Below the pieces are notes generated by a model. It was not told where the DNA came from, ran no database searches, and saw nothing but the letters and a program-made list of their open reading frames with translations. A stretch of DNA of 62,243 bases, the filler included. It is 8 parts of 8 records of this genome, joined end to end, with 100 filler letters (N's around TTAATTAATTAA, not from the genome) between each part and the next. Parts side by side here need not be neighbours in the genome. Positions count along the whole stretch, not along the records: positions 38,629 to 46,367 come from SRR31147125_30490; positions 46,468 to 51,520 come from SRR31147125_30531; positions 51,621 to 57,021 come from SRR31147125_30748; 5 more parts are not named here. The stretch is one strand, 5' to 3'. Position 1 is the first letter of the stretch. Each line of letters begins with the position of its first letter. This document shows positions 43,621 to 54,518 of the stretch, in pieces. The translations under genes were made by a program, and so were the position numbers.

Positions 43621-44740
43621 TTAATTGGTAAAGTTTTCAATTTTATTAATCAGATTATCCCAGGAAAATCGGTACCTGTCTTTACGAATATTTTCCCGAA
43701 AATCTCCTTCACACCGATTCTTATAATAATAAATGATCCTATCTGCTATCGCATCAATATCACCATTTGGTACAACAAATCCAGTCTCACCATCTTTTAC
43801 GATCTCAGATAAAGCTCCAACATTTGAGACCACAACCGGCAAACCAAATCCAAAGGCCAATTGTATTATTCCGCTTCCGGTAACCGACTTGTATGGCATA
43901 ACCAACAAGTCCGCTGCGTTTAAAAAAGTCGCTACTTCTTCATTTGGGACATATTTATCTATTATAGTAATATTATTGTCAAGACCAAGTTCAGAGATCA
44001 AATCTAAATACACTTTTTTGTCATCCCAGAATTCACCAACTACAAATAGCTGAACATTTATATTTTTTAAAACGCGCGGCATGGCTCTGAGCAACAGATC
44101 AAGACCTTTATAAGTTCGTACAAATCCAAAAAAAGAAGTATGTCTTTATCACATTCTAATTTTTTTTGGCACCCTCCTTAGTCATACTATCTTGATTAAA
44201 TGCTTCATAGGTGGGATGAAAACTTGACAATATATTTGCATATGGTAAAAATTCTTCCAGTCGTCGTTGTTCATCTTGGGAATGCACCAGAAAATAATGA
44301 CCATTTTTAAGAACTTTTTTAGTCGCAATTAATTTTATAAAATTTGATTCATGCTCAGTTACATTGTGGCAAACAAAAAGCACTTTTTTGCCAATTTTTC
44401 TGTTAATCAATTTTGTTATAATGTAAAAGTGAGGAGCCCAGAATACAACCCACCATGGAATGATTACAAGATCTGGAGAGTAGTCAATAATTTCACGGGC
44501 TACCTTTATCCATGTCAACGGATTCATAGAGTCCAGAATATATTCTATTTTGTCCTCTTTTAATAATTCAGAGCCATTTTCTCTGTCACTTTTTCCGGGA
44601 AATAACCACAGAGGATATTGTCTTTTAAATCCAAAAAATCGCGTTTCGTGTCTTTTGGAAAGATTACGGTAAAGTAAGGTTGTATAATGAGCAATCCCTC
44701 CCCTATATGGAAAAGAGGGCCCAATCATGGCTATTCTCAT
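43621..44740 (-). CDS. Glycosyltransferase family 4 (two frameshifts)
   Basis: YRGGIAHY N-terminus; AKKKLECDKDILLFFGFVRTYKGLD restored by +1 nt in each run at 44160-44167 and 44128-44134; PYKSVTGSG. Confidence 0.87.
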
Positions 44741-44744
44741 TATA

Positions 44745-45742
44745 CTACTCCTCCGCTAATTCGATAACGGATCTTTCATTATCTTCTTTTTCACTTTTTG
44801 AGGCATGATCATTCATCTCAAGCTTACGAATTCGATATAAGCCGTTTTCAACTAATCGCCTATTAGCACTAATCAAGTCAGCCACAAGCCCCATAATCAT
44901 CACTTGAAAACCGATAATGAAAAGAACAGCAGCCAAAATTAAGGATTGGATATGCCCGGCACCACTACCAGTAAAAAAGTAATATAAAAATCTTAAAGAA
45001 ACTAAGAGCCCCGCTGAAAAAGTCAATCCACCAATTAAAACAAACATTTTTAGTGGTTCATAAACTGTATATATTCGAAACATTGTACCCACAGATTGTT
45101 TAATATAGGAGGGAATACTTTTAAACAATCGTGAGTTCCTTAGTTTGTCATTTGTATGAATGGGGACAGATGATATGGCAAGATTTTTTTCCCAGCCTGA
45201 ATAATCGTTTCAAGTGTATATGTAAAACGAGAGATAATATTTAACTGCAGTGTGGCCTCACGGCTCAGAGCTCGAAAACCACTGGTAGTATCCGGAATAT
45301 CTGTATTTGATACTTTACGAACAACCCAACTTCCTATTTTTGCAACTTTTTTCAGGAACGAAAAATGTTCAATGGAATCAATCTGCCGATCGCCAACGAC
45401 AATATCAGCTTCCTTTTTTAAAATGGGTTCAATTAAACGGGGAATATCTGAACCACGATACTGATTGTCGCCATCTGTATTAACAATAATATCTGCACCC
45501 AAATTTAATGCTGCATCAAGTCCGACCGTAAATGCTTCAGCTAAACCTTTATTGTTTGTTAACTGAACAATATGGTTCACTCCAAGCTGTTTGGCGACTT
45601 CTATGGTTCGATCTGTGCTACCATCGTCGATAACTAATATTTCCACCTTGTCGACACCCGGGATTTGCCTTGGAATGTCTCTGACTGTTAATGGTAATGT
45701 TTTTTCTTCATTAAAGCATGGTATTTGAACTATTAATTTCAC
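44745..45742 (-). CDS. GT2 polyprenol-phosphate glycosyltransferase (DPM synthase-like) with two C-terminal TM helices; frameshifted
   Basis: QIPCFNEE, DDGSTD, NTDGDNQY, DTTSGFRA; +1 nt in the run at 45184-45190 joins GKKNLAISSVPIHTN..SRLFKSI. Confidence 0.87.
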
Positions 45743-45801
45743 TTCCTATTCCTCTAAAAAAATTATGGAGCCTGAATGCCTGACCGCTTTCTGATCTTTA
45801 C

Positions 45802-46367
45802 TTAATTTTCAATAATTTCTTCAATATTATATTCTGCTATCTCTTTTGCATGTGTAAAAATAATCATTTCACCAATAAGCCCTATGGAAATCATTTGGAC
45901 ACCAATTACAAGTAAAAGTGCTCCTAAAAGTAACAACGGACGTCCTGCAATTGGCCCAAATTGAAACAAACGATAAATAAACAAGTATAGATTTATTATT
46001 GCCCCAACAAGTGCAAATATCAAACCAAAAAAACCTAAAAAATGAAGTGGTTTTTTTGAATATTTTGTAAGAAAAATAACGGTTATTATGTCCAGTAATC
46101 TTTGAAAATATTCAGAGATATACTTTGATTGACGAAAATCTCCGGCAAGTTGTTCGATTTTCTCATCTGCGACAACAAAGCCTTTTTGTGCTGCTAATAT
46201 GGGTAAAAAGATATTCAAATTACCATAGATCGGAATGTCTTCCAGCGCTTCTCGTCGTATCACAAATACAGCACTATTAATATCATTTATTGTTGTCTTT
46301 GTAGCCCACTTTACAATTTTATTAAATACTTTTGAAATAATTTGATTAAAATGGGAATCTCGACGTG
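45802..46367 (-). CDS. ArnC-like GT2 polyprenol-phosphate glycosyltransferase (5' truncated)
   Basis: IPIYGNLNIFLPILA, KPLHFLG, GRPLLLLG, SIGLIGEMI. Confidence 0.8.
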
Positions 46368-46467
46368 NNNNNNNNNNNNNNNNNNNNNNNNNNNNNNNNN
46401 NNNNNNNNNNNTTAATTAATTAANNNNNNNNNNNNNNNNNNNNNNNNNNNNNNNNNNNNNNNNNNNN
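46368..46467. other. Artificial contig linker
   Basis: N44-TTAATTAATTAA-N44. Confidence 0.99.
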
Positions 46468-46777
46468 CATCTCCGGTTGGAACACATACTAATCCGGATG
46501 CCAGTTGTAGCTGATTATTAAAAGATGTATAATATGAAACTTTATAAACAAGAACTCCATGTTCTACTTTTGCTTTAATTTCATCCAGACCGGGGTAATC
46601 ACCTATTTGATCGAAAGCTATATTAATTAATTCGGGCAAGTACGATTTGTACATTTCGTAGCTAACCAAAAACTTATCGACTGGTTTGTCATCATCATTA
46701 TTGTTAATTATATCGCAAGCCGATATACTAAAAACGAATAAACTAAAAATCAGGATTTTTCTATACGTGCTTTTCAT
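46468..46777 (-). CDS. Lipoprotein, secretory lipase / alpha-beta hydrolase-like (3' truncated)
   Basis: Lipobox ISAC; VYKVSYYT..ASGLVCVP resembles lipase-family N-termini. Confidence 0.6.
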
Positions 46778-46803
46778 GGCAAAGGGTATTTTTGTTTCTG
46801 AAT

Positions 46804-46811
46804 CAAAATTA
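46804..46811 (-). promoter_or_regulatory. Bacteroidota -7 promoter element
   Basis: TAATTTTG matches TAnnTTTG, 26 nt upstream of the ATG. Confidence 0.45.
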
Positions 46812-46902
46812 GTTAAAAATCACTTGTAAAAAAATATACAAGTTGTATTCAAACAAACAATTAAATAAAATAACGGTTCATTCTATTTTCTGGTATTTAA
46901 GG

Positions 46903-49900
46903 TTATTCCGATTTTTCATCTTCTATTCCCAAAACAGTTTTTGAGCCTGAAAGTATAGCTTTCCACCAATAATTTATTACCGATCTTTCAATGTCTCTTT
47001 CATATAAAATAGAAACCGGTTCCAGTTTATCGCCTTTCGGATTTTTTGAGTTCAACATTATTTTATTCGCCCAAAATGTTGCTAGTTTCGACTTTTTCAT
47101 TCCATCAGAATTAAGTTCTAAAATGGAAACTTTAAAATCATCATATCCAAAATAAAGCTCTCCGATGGCATTTTTATTATTTAATTGAAGGTTAAAATCG
47201 AATTGGTTTAATTGTCCGCTTTGAATGGAAATTGGAGCTGACTTTTCCAACATAGTATTTATAGTGGTTAATGGCATTTTACTTAAACTCCCGGTTACCG
47301 AATGTGTATAATTTTTATCGGTTAAATCGAAATTAAAATTAGCAGAAAGTTTTCCCTGATTAAACAATTCGGTAGAGGCATTTATTTTCAGGTTTTTGTC
47401 TGATTTATTAGGGATATTTGAAATACGACTTGCTTTAAAAGCCAGGTTTTTGAATTCGATTTTTCCCGGTTCGTCCGATATATCCATTAATTCGCTGTAC
47501 GATATTAATGAAGGGAGCAGTAGTAATGAATCGAAAACAAATGGTTGCTTTATTTCCTTTATCAAATCCTGTGGCCATGGCGGTCGCTGATTGTGGTTGA
47601 AAGGAAATCGTTTGTTCCTGAAAATTTCGAGCTTTGTTTTTCCAACTACAAATCGTTTGGCATCCAGAATATTATCTTTTATCCAAAGATTTTCATCAAT
47701 TCCTTCAAGAGCTATAAATTGTAAATTTCCTTTTAAATAATCGGTTTGAAATCCATTAATTCTAGGGTAATCTTCACGTTTTAACAGCGGATTTAATTGA
47801 ATGTTTTTCAGAAGAATATTATGTTTTAAGGAGTTGTATATTAACGAATCGGCAACAAATTCGTATAAATTATTGTTTGTTTTTGTTCGTAAATTTGTTG
47901 TTGAAATTTCAAACTCTTTTGAATGTAGCAAATCTGCAGGATTCTGATTTTCACCGATATTAATTTCTCTGAAATTTAAATTTATCTCTTTATCAAACAA
48001 CTTTTTTTCGAACCAGTTAAAATCAAGGTTTGCTTTAATTAGCCGAAGTCGGTTAATTTTTATCTGGTTAACATACGATTCTATAATCGGGTATAAATCA
48101 AGGTTTTTAGCAAATTCCAGTTTGTCGCCTTTTACCGAGTCGTTTATTTCAATTTGTATTTGTGGTTGTTTAATTTCTATTTCATTAAAAATGAAGTTGT
48201 TACTATTTAAAGCTTCATTAATATCGAATTCCGAAAAAGCAAGTTCGGGCGCGGAAATAGTAAACCGGTTACCTTTATTTAAAGGAATAAAAGGTTTTAT
48301 TTTTAGTTGGTTTAATTGAATTTTTTGTTGCTCGCGGTTATAGTTTACTCTTTCAATTTTTACTTCATGGGAATCGCCAAGCGGAGTTTTAAAATCGGTA
48401 ATTTCTGCAATTAAGTTACCTGTTGAAAGTTGCGCATGATTTTGAGCATTATTTTCGATTCTAACTTTTGGCAGCGAAAGATTGAGTTTAAAATTGCTTT
48501 TGGCATGGGCATCAATTCCCTGCGATTCGTAGGTTAGAACTTCGGCATTATTAACTTTTATTTCATTTAGTTTTAACGATTGAATAAAAGCGGGAAGAGG
48601 AAATTTATACTTACTTAAATCGAGCGATTTGGTTTTTTCGGCCTGACTGTAAATTTGAAAACGAGGAGCATTTAATTCGAGTTCATCTAAAATAAGTTCT
48701 TTTGAATAATATGCCTTTAAAAAATTGAAATTACTTATTTCGAGTTCGGGAATAGAAACCTGAAATGTAGTAGATGATTCTTTATATTTTTTTGATGATA
48801 TTACCGGATACAGCAGTGCATTTTTTATACTTACACTCGATTTTACAGTAGAAAGATTAATTTCTCCGGCTTGCAAAATATGTACACTATCGGAGAGTTG
48901 AAACATTTGATCTTTAACAGAAATATCAAAATTATCGGAAAACAGAAGCCTTTGTTTATTCAATTCATTTTCGTTAAATCTGAACTTTTCAAGCGAGGCA
49001 GAAAATTCATTGTCGAAAGAAATGGTTTTATCTTTTTTGGTATGATTTACCCAGGTTAACGAACCGTTTGGAATATCAATTTTATTAATATTTATGTCTT
49101 CAATATAATTAAAAACAAGTTGCGAAAATTCGGAGAATTCTTTTTTATCCTGCGTGTTTCGCAATGCTCCAAAGTTTTCAAAATATATTTTTGGATTTAT
49201 AATTTGAAAGCGCGAAATATTCAGTCGTTTATGAAAAAATGCATTTCGCAGGTTTATTCCCCACAGTGTAATTCGTGGAACCGAAATATTATATAATTCA
49301 GAACGGTTATATTCTTTCATAACAGCATTGCTGGCTTTGTCGATTACCGGTTGAAGATGGAGGTTTTTTATTTCAACTTTACGGTCGAAACTTAATACCG
49401 AAATTTTTTCTGCATTTATTTTGTGCAGATTATCAACCAGTTTCATTTGGTAATCGGTAAATTCCAAATCGAAATTCGTGGCATAAAAAAACTTGTCGGT
49501 TTGTTTTCTACTGGTCGAATCGAGCGAAAAGCCAGTGAGGTTAAAATTGAATCCGGTTTCGAAATATCCCTGAAGTTTGTTGTGGTTTAAATTTTCGATG
49601 TTTAATGTTCCATTTTCAACAATAACCAGGTCGGAATAAACCCCTATTAAATATGCCGAAACCAACTCAAACAACAGTCCTACCTCTTTTTGTTCTTCGG
49701 GTTTGTTAATTTCTGTATTGTATTTTAAATGAACTTTGGGTTCAGAAATTTCAATTTTTCGGGTAGGTAAAGTTCTGGTGTGGTATAAGGTCTTTAAATT
49801 TAATTGATCTATTTCCAATGAATTACATTCCAGGTTAACATTTGTCCGTGTATTGTTTTCCTTCGGATTTGCCGGCGAGATGGAAATGTTTTTCAATCCC

Positions 49901-51183
49901 AGTGAATTTGTAAAAGTTGAAATTGACATAGAATCGGCTCTGAAATCGTGTTGGTTATCTTCCAGTCGTAAATGATAGTCGATAACTTCCATTTCCATAT
50001 CATCGGCATGTAAAAGTTTTTCGGTTTTTTTCGATGAAGTAGAATCGAGGGCAAAACCTACCAGTTTAATATTTACCGACGAAAATTGTTGTTGATAATT
50101 TTCAAAATCGGGTTGACGATAAATTTCGAGGTTTGCTTTATCGAAGTAAAAACTATCGATTTCTATTTTGAGAAACTGGTTTTCTATTAACGAGTACAAA
50201 TTGAAATTATTTAAATCTTCAATTTTCAATAGTTGTGATTTCCCTTTTTGATAAAACCGAATTCGAGGATTTTCAAACTTAAGAAACTGAATTTTTATAG
50301 AATCGTTAAATGAAAACCGGGTAATACTTTTACTTTTCATTTGCATGCGCGGAACATACACATCGTACAAACTTTTATTTTCATTTTTATTTAAAGGAGA
50401 GAGATAAAAACCACTGGCATTAATATTTGCACTTCTTAAGGAATACTCAACGGTATCGATTTTTAAAATATGTAAACTGTCGGCCAGTTGATGTTCAAAA
50501 TCATTTACTTTCATTAAAACATCTTCGCTTTCAAATAGTTGCGACTTTTTGAAAATCAGTGCTGAATCGGTTCTGAAACTTTTAATTTCTATTGAAATGC
50601 GATTTGCATTCGAAATTATATTTGAATTATCGGCCGAATTATAAAAAGCATAATTGGCATTTAAAAAATAAATATTGTCGATTACTATTTCGTTGAGGTA
50701 GTTTTCAAATATCGGGCGCAACTCGAAAAACAGTTTTTCTATCGATTGTTGCGAGTTATTTTGTCTTATTTCTTCGCCCGAAAGTTTAAAGTCGGGTTCG
50801 ATAATAGAAATGTTTTTGCAATAAAAAATTTTATCCCGAAATAACTTTTTCAGATTAATATTCTCGATTATTATCTCGGGTGATTGAAAAGTGTAAATAA
50901 CTGTTTCGGGCGATTGTTTCAATAGTTCCTCCGAAACAGTTTTGTCGGCAACCAAATTAAGATCCGCAACATGAACAGAAAAGGGAAATATTTTCAGATC
51001 TATATTGCTAAACGATAATGTATATAGTTGGTTGGTTTTGTCTTTAACTATTTGCGAAAGATTTTTATTGATGTAATTTTCAGCTTTAAAATATCCGAAA
51101 ATTCCTACTCCAATTAAAAGGAATAGCAAGACTAAAAAAGTCCAAATAAATATCTTTTGTATTTTTCTTCGGATTACCGCCAT
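46903..51183 (-). CDS. Large membrane-anchored beta-rich repeat protein (AsmA/TamB-like)
   Basis: 1426 aa, N-terminal TM helix, amphipathic beta pattern, internal repeat of about 175 aa. Confidence 0.65.
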   Translation of the reverse strand: MAVIRRKIQKIFIWTFLVLLFLLIGVGIFGYFKAENYINKNLSQIVKDKTNQLYTLSFSNIDLKIFPFSVHVADLNLVADKTVSEELLKQSPETVIYTFQSPEIIIENINLKKLFRDKIFYCKNISIIEPDFKLSGEEIRQNNSQQSIEKLFFELRPIFENYLNEIVIDNIYFLNANYAFYNSADNSNIISNANRISIEIKSFRTDSALIFKKSQLFESEDVLMKVNDFEHQLADSLHILKIDTVEYSLRSANINASGFYLSPLNKNENKSLYDVYVPRMQMKSKSITRFSFNDSIKIQFLKFENPRIRFYQKGKSQLLKIEDLNNFNLYSLIENQFLKIEIDSFYFDKANLEIYRQPDFENYQQQFSSVNIKLVGFALDSTSSKKTEKLLHADDMEMEVIDYHLRLEDNQHDFRADSMSISTFTNSLGLKNISISPANPKENNTRTNVNLECNSLEIDQLNLKTLYHTRTLPTRKIEISEPKVHLKYNTEINKPEEQKEVGLLFELVSAYLIGVYSDLVIVENGTLNIENLNHNKLQGYFETGFNFNLTGFSLDSTSRKQTDKFFYATNFDLEFTDYQMKLVDNLHKINAEKISVLSFDRKVEIKNLHLQPVIDKASNAVMKEYNRSELYNISVPRITLWGINLRNAFFHKRLNISRFQIINPKIYFENFGALRNTQDKKEFSEFSQLVFNYIEDININKIDIPNGSLTWVNHTKKDKTISFDNEFSASLEKFRFNENELNKQRLLFSDNFDISVKDQMFQLSDSVHILQAGEINLSTVKSSVSIKNALLYPVISSKKYKESSTTFQVSIPELEISNFNFLKAYYSKELILDELELNAPRFQIYSQAEKTKSLDLSKYKFPLPAFIQSLKLNEIKVNNAEVLTYESQGIDAHAKSNFKLNLSLPKVRIENNAQNHAQLSTGNLIAEITDFKTPLGDSHEVKIERVNYNREQQKIQLNQLKIKPFIPLNKGNRFTISAPELAFSEFDINEALNSNNFIFNEIEIKQPQIQIEINDSVKGDKLEFAKNLDLYPIIESYVNQIKINRLRLIKANLDFNWFEKKLFDKEINLNFREINIGENQNPADLLHSKEFEISTTNLRTKTNNNLYEFVADSLIYNSLKHNILLKNIQLNPLLKREDYPRINGFQTDYLKGNLQFIALEGIDENLWIKDNILDAKRFVVGKTKLEIFRNKRFPFNHNQRPPWPQDLIKEIKQPFVFDSLLLLPSLISYSELMDISDEPGKIEFKNLAFKASRISNIPNKSDKNLKINASTELFNQGKLSANFNFDLTDKNYTHSVTGSLSKMPLTTINTMLEKSAPISIQSGQLNQFDFNLQLNNKNAIGELYFGYDDFKVSILELNSDGMKKSKLATFWANKIMLNSKNPKGDKLEPVSILYERDIERSVINYWWKAILSGSKTVLGIEDEKSE

Positions 51184-51403
51184 AGTTAAGTTTACAAACT
51201 AAATATAAAGATAGGTTTATTTAGAAATGGTTGCTTTTTTCGTTCATAATTTTGGCTTTTTGTGAAAAAGAAATATAAATGATTAACCCAAAATATTGCG
51301 ATTTAGTATTAAAAAATATTATGTTTTGTATTTGCTAAAAGGAAATAACTATTTTTATTACGAAGTTCTTTATACATTATTATTTGTTTTAAAAACTAAA
51401 CCT

Positions 51404-51520
51404 ATGAAAACGTCACTGTTGTTTTTTCTGATTTCATGTATTGCTTTATTTACACAGGCACAATCGGTTAACATAATGTTGGTTACCGGCGGTCATGAAT
51501 TTGACACCGTTCAGTTTCTC
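51404..51520 (+). CDS. ThuA-like domain secreted protein (3' truncated)
   Basis: Signal peptide followed by IMLVTGGHEFD. Confidence 0.55.
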
Positions 51521-51620
51521 NNNNNNNNNNNNNNNNNNNNNNNNNNNNNNNNNNNNNNNNNNNNTTAATTAATTAANNNNNNNNNNNNNNNNNNNNNNNN
51601 NNNNNNNNNNNNNNNNNNNN
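51521..51620. other. Artificial contig linker
   Basis: N44-TTAATTAATTAA-N44. Confidence 0.99.
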
Positions 51621-52099
51621 TGTGTTTCTAATTGATATGTCAAAGATAGAATCAATCCAACTTCTGATGAAAGATTTATTGCTCATTCACGCATTTCAAA
51701 AGGATTGAAGTTAACTTCCTGTTTACTTATGATAATTCAGACTTTTGGAAATATTTTGCTCATTTTCCACTAAATTCAGAAAATTCCTATTCTCAGAGTT
51801 CCTCCGGATGAAAAAAATATTAGCATTTTTTTTCTACTTTCCTGATAAAACAAATAAAGTCCGAGTAAGAAAATTGGTATTCATTAGGTTTAAGCGATGT
51901 TAATTAGTTAATGTGCTATTTAAAGCATTCAAACAAAATAATACTCTGTATATCAGCACTACAACATCATTCTTCCTTTTCAAAAATTATATTTTTACAA
52001 CTTAAGTTATTTCATTAAAAGAAATTTTTATCTTAGCTGCAACGCTTTTCTTATTTCTTTTATTACCAAACTTTTTACTAATAAACAAAGGTAAAGACT

Positions 52100-54337
52100 A
52101 TGTTTAAATCCAAAAAAAGTATCTACATTTTACTTATTGCCTTGGTAAATACTTTAAGTGCAATCGCCTTTTATTTCTATTTACAGAAATCGAATAACGA
52201 AAAGGACGATCTTCTAGATTATGCTAATTCTATTGGTATTGAGGTAAAACAACGTTTAACTGCAGAATTAAATCAAACCACCTATATAGTTGATTCTTTG
52301 TGCGAATATTTGGAAAAAAGATATAAATCTTTTCCTGAGGCACTTTCCGATTCTAGTCAGATATATCGCGACCTTGAAGAAATCATTCAAAAGTCTCCTA
52401 ACCTTGCCGGAGCTTACATTGCATTTCACAATCGTAAGCACAAGAACAACAGGTATCCGAAATTGTATTCTGCATACATTCAAAAAAAAGACGGTCGCTT
52501 TAAATATGATCATCTGGAAAAACATTACGATTACTCCACAGATAAAGATAAATCTATTTGGTTCTTAAACCCTCTAAAGAAAAAAGAACCTACGTGGACA
52601 GGGCCTTTCTTAGGAAATTCAAGCAAGAAACGTTTTGTTACCTATGGTATTCCAATTCAACTTTCAGATTCTTCCGTATTTGTTTTAGGCATAAACTATT
52701 CCACCACAAAATTATATTCGTTACTAAACAACTGGAAGTCTTCAAGAATTGGATTTCCATACTTAATGACACCTGATGGACAATTCCTGGCACATCCGAG
52801 CGACGAGGTACTTAGTTTAAAAGAAATTGGTTTTAAAAGTCAGGATAATTTACTTATTAATTTAGCGGATGCCGTATCGGCGGGAGAAACAGTTGACCCA
52901 AATGCCTATTATCATAAAAACACAATTTCTGAAAAAATGTGTTGGGAACAAATTGTTCATTTGGAGAATATTAACTGGACATTGGGATTTTCAATAACCG
53001 ATCAGCAAATCTATAGCAATCCATTCTTTTTTAACACTCAAAGGAAAAGACACATTAGAATGGCTTTATTATTCTTTTTTGCTCTTCTGGTTATTCAATT
53101 ATTTGCCCTAAGACTGCTAATAAAAGATAAAGATACACTAATTCAATCTGGAGTTTTTTCAATTTGTTCTGTACTAATACTCATTTTACTATTTATCTAC
53201 CATTTCTGCTTAAATTATCCCATCGTCGAATTTTCAGATATGGACTTTCAAAACGCTTCCAAGCTAAAAAACCAGGCTATCGTTCTGCAAAAGAACCAAA
53301 CCAAGGAGGACAGCATTACCTTTCTTAAGAATTACGAACGTTGGAATTATTCGATGTTGGTTGACAATGACAGGATAAACGACTATGTAGATATTTACAA
53401 CAATATAATTAAGCTTAAAGATAATAACGATATTACTCAAATCCCTACCGGTTTATACGTGCAAACCATCAAATTCTTAGATTCGTATAGTGCAAAATTA
53501 ACTGGTTACGTTTGGCAGTATTATCCTGTAGATAAAAACATTAGTAAAGGAGTAATTTTTCCTGATGCAGAAGATTATTCATTGGAACTGGAAGATAGCC
53601 TCTCTGTTTACCTTCCGAATGGTGACATTGCCAATTTCTACCGATGGTATTTTACCATGGAAATTAGAGAACCATTCAATTACAGAGAATATCCTTTCGA
53701 CAGGAACAATTTATGGATTAGGCTATGGAACAAAGATTTTGACAATGGCGATATAATATTAGCACCTGATATCAGTTCATACAACATGTTTCACCCATCG
53801 TATAAACCCGGAATAGATAAAGATATAATTATTCCCGGATGGAATATAGAAGCCAGTTATTTCTCATTTAAAGAGAAGAACTATTATACAAATTTCGGTG
53901 CCAAAGACATGTCTCCTAAAAACCTGTACCCAGAGCTTCATTATAACATAATGTTAAAAAGGAATTATATTGATCCAATAATTACCAGAATTTTTCCTCT
54001 ACTGGTACTACTTCTTATGACTTATTCCATTTTATACGTCTCGAAAAAGGAAGATGCACTTAGTGTAGCTATAGCATGTTCGGGTTTATTATTTGTTGTG
54101 GTTTTTGAACACATTAACTTACGCAAAACACTTGATATGCCAGGAATTATTTACCTCGAATATTTCTACTTTATCACATACCTGCTTTTAATGTTGGTTG
54201 CAGTTAACGCATCAATCGAGAAATGGTTTTCGGTAAGAGCAAACAACAGTCAAATAACCTTAAATATCATTAGGAAAGCTTATTGGATTATTGCCCTATT
54301 TGTAATTTTAATGGTAACGCTTTATACCTTTTACTAA
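52100..54337 (+). CDS. Pentameric ligand-gated ion channel (Pro-loop family) with N-terminal dCache domain
   Basis: TM-dCache (WF..P...WTGPF, GFPYLMTPDGQFLAHP)-2 TM, then pLGIC domain: IPTGLYVQ, GYVWQ, YREYPFD, PGWNI, LKR, M1 proline IFPLL, four C-terminal TM helices. Confidence 0.82.
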   Translation: MFKSKKSIYILLIALVNTLSAIAFYFYLQKSNNEKDDLLDYANSIGIEVKQRLTAELNQTTYIVDSLCEYLEKRYKSFPEALSDSSQIYRDLEEIIQKSPNLAGAYIAFHNRKHKNNRYPKLYSAYIQKKDGRFKYDHLEKHYDYSTDKDKSIWFLNPLKKKEPTWTGPFLGNSSKKRFVTYGIPIQLSDSSVFVLGINYSTTKLYSLLNNWKSSRIGFPYLMTPDGQFLAHPSDEVLSLKEIGFKSQDNLLINLADAVSAGETVDPNAYYHKNTISEKMCWEQIVHLENINWTLGFSITDQQIYSNPFFFNTQRKRHIRMALLFFFALLVIQLFALRLLIKDKDTLIQSGVFSICSVLILILLFIYHFCLNYPIVEFSDMDFQNASKLKNQAIVLQKNQTKEDSITFLKNYERWNYSMLVDNDRINDYVDIYNNIIKLKDNNDITQIPTGLYVQTIKFLDSYSAKLTGYVWQYYPVDKNISKGVIFPDAEDYSLELEDSLSVYLPNGDIANFYRWYFTMEIREPFNYREYPFDRNNLWIRLWNKDFDNGDIILAPDISSYNMFHPSYKPGIDKDIIIPGWNIEASYFSFKEKNYYTNFGAKDMSPKNLYPELHYNIMLKRNYIDPIITRIFPLLVLLLMTYSILYVSKKEDALSVAIACSGLLFVVVFEHINLRKTLDMPGIIYLEYFYFITYLLLMLVAVNASIEKWFSVRANNSQITLNIIRKAYWIIALFVILMVTLYTFY

Positions 54338-54403
54338 CATGGCAGTGTTTTTTTTGAGATACAATAAATAGTTGGCGTTTAAAACATAGTGCATAAAAAA
54401 AGT

Positions 54404-54450
54404 AAAGGTTCCATTTTCCTTTTGCATAAGGAAGAATGGAATCTTTTTTT
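54404..54450 (+). terminator. Intrinsic terminator after the pLGIC gene
   Basis: AAAGGTTCCATTTTCCTT-ttgcat-AAGGAAGAATGGAATCTTT stem plus T7. Confidence 0.7.
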
Positions 54451-54518
54451 ACGAACAAAAACAGCGTACAAACGTTACTCTTGCTATTATAAGACAAAAA
54501 AGTCTGAAATATATTTTT

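Noticed and set aside
40188..45190. Phase variation by homopolymer slippage in the glycosyltransferase cluster
   Set aside because: The runs are short A/T tracts (6-8 nt) and similar indels hit housekeeping genes, so sequencing error is the simpler explanation; raw reads would be needed to exclude it fully
51296..51403. N-terminal extension of ORF 51296-51568
   Set aside because: AT-rich promoter-like DNA; the signal peptide begins at the ATG at 51404
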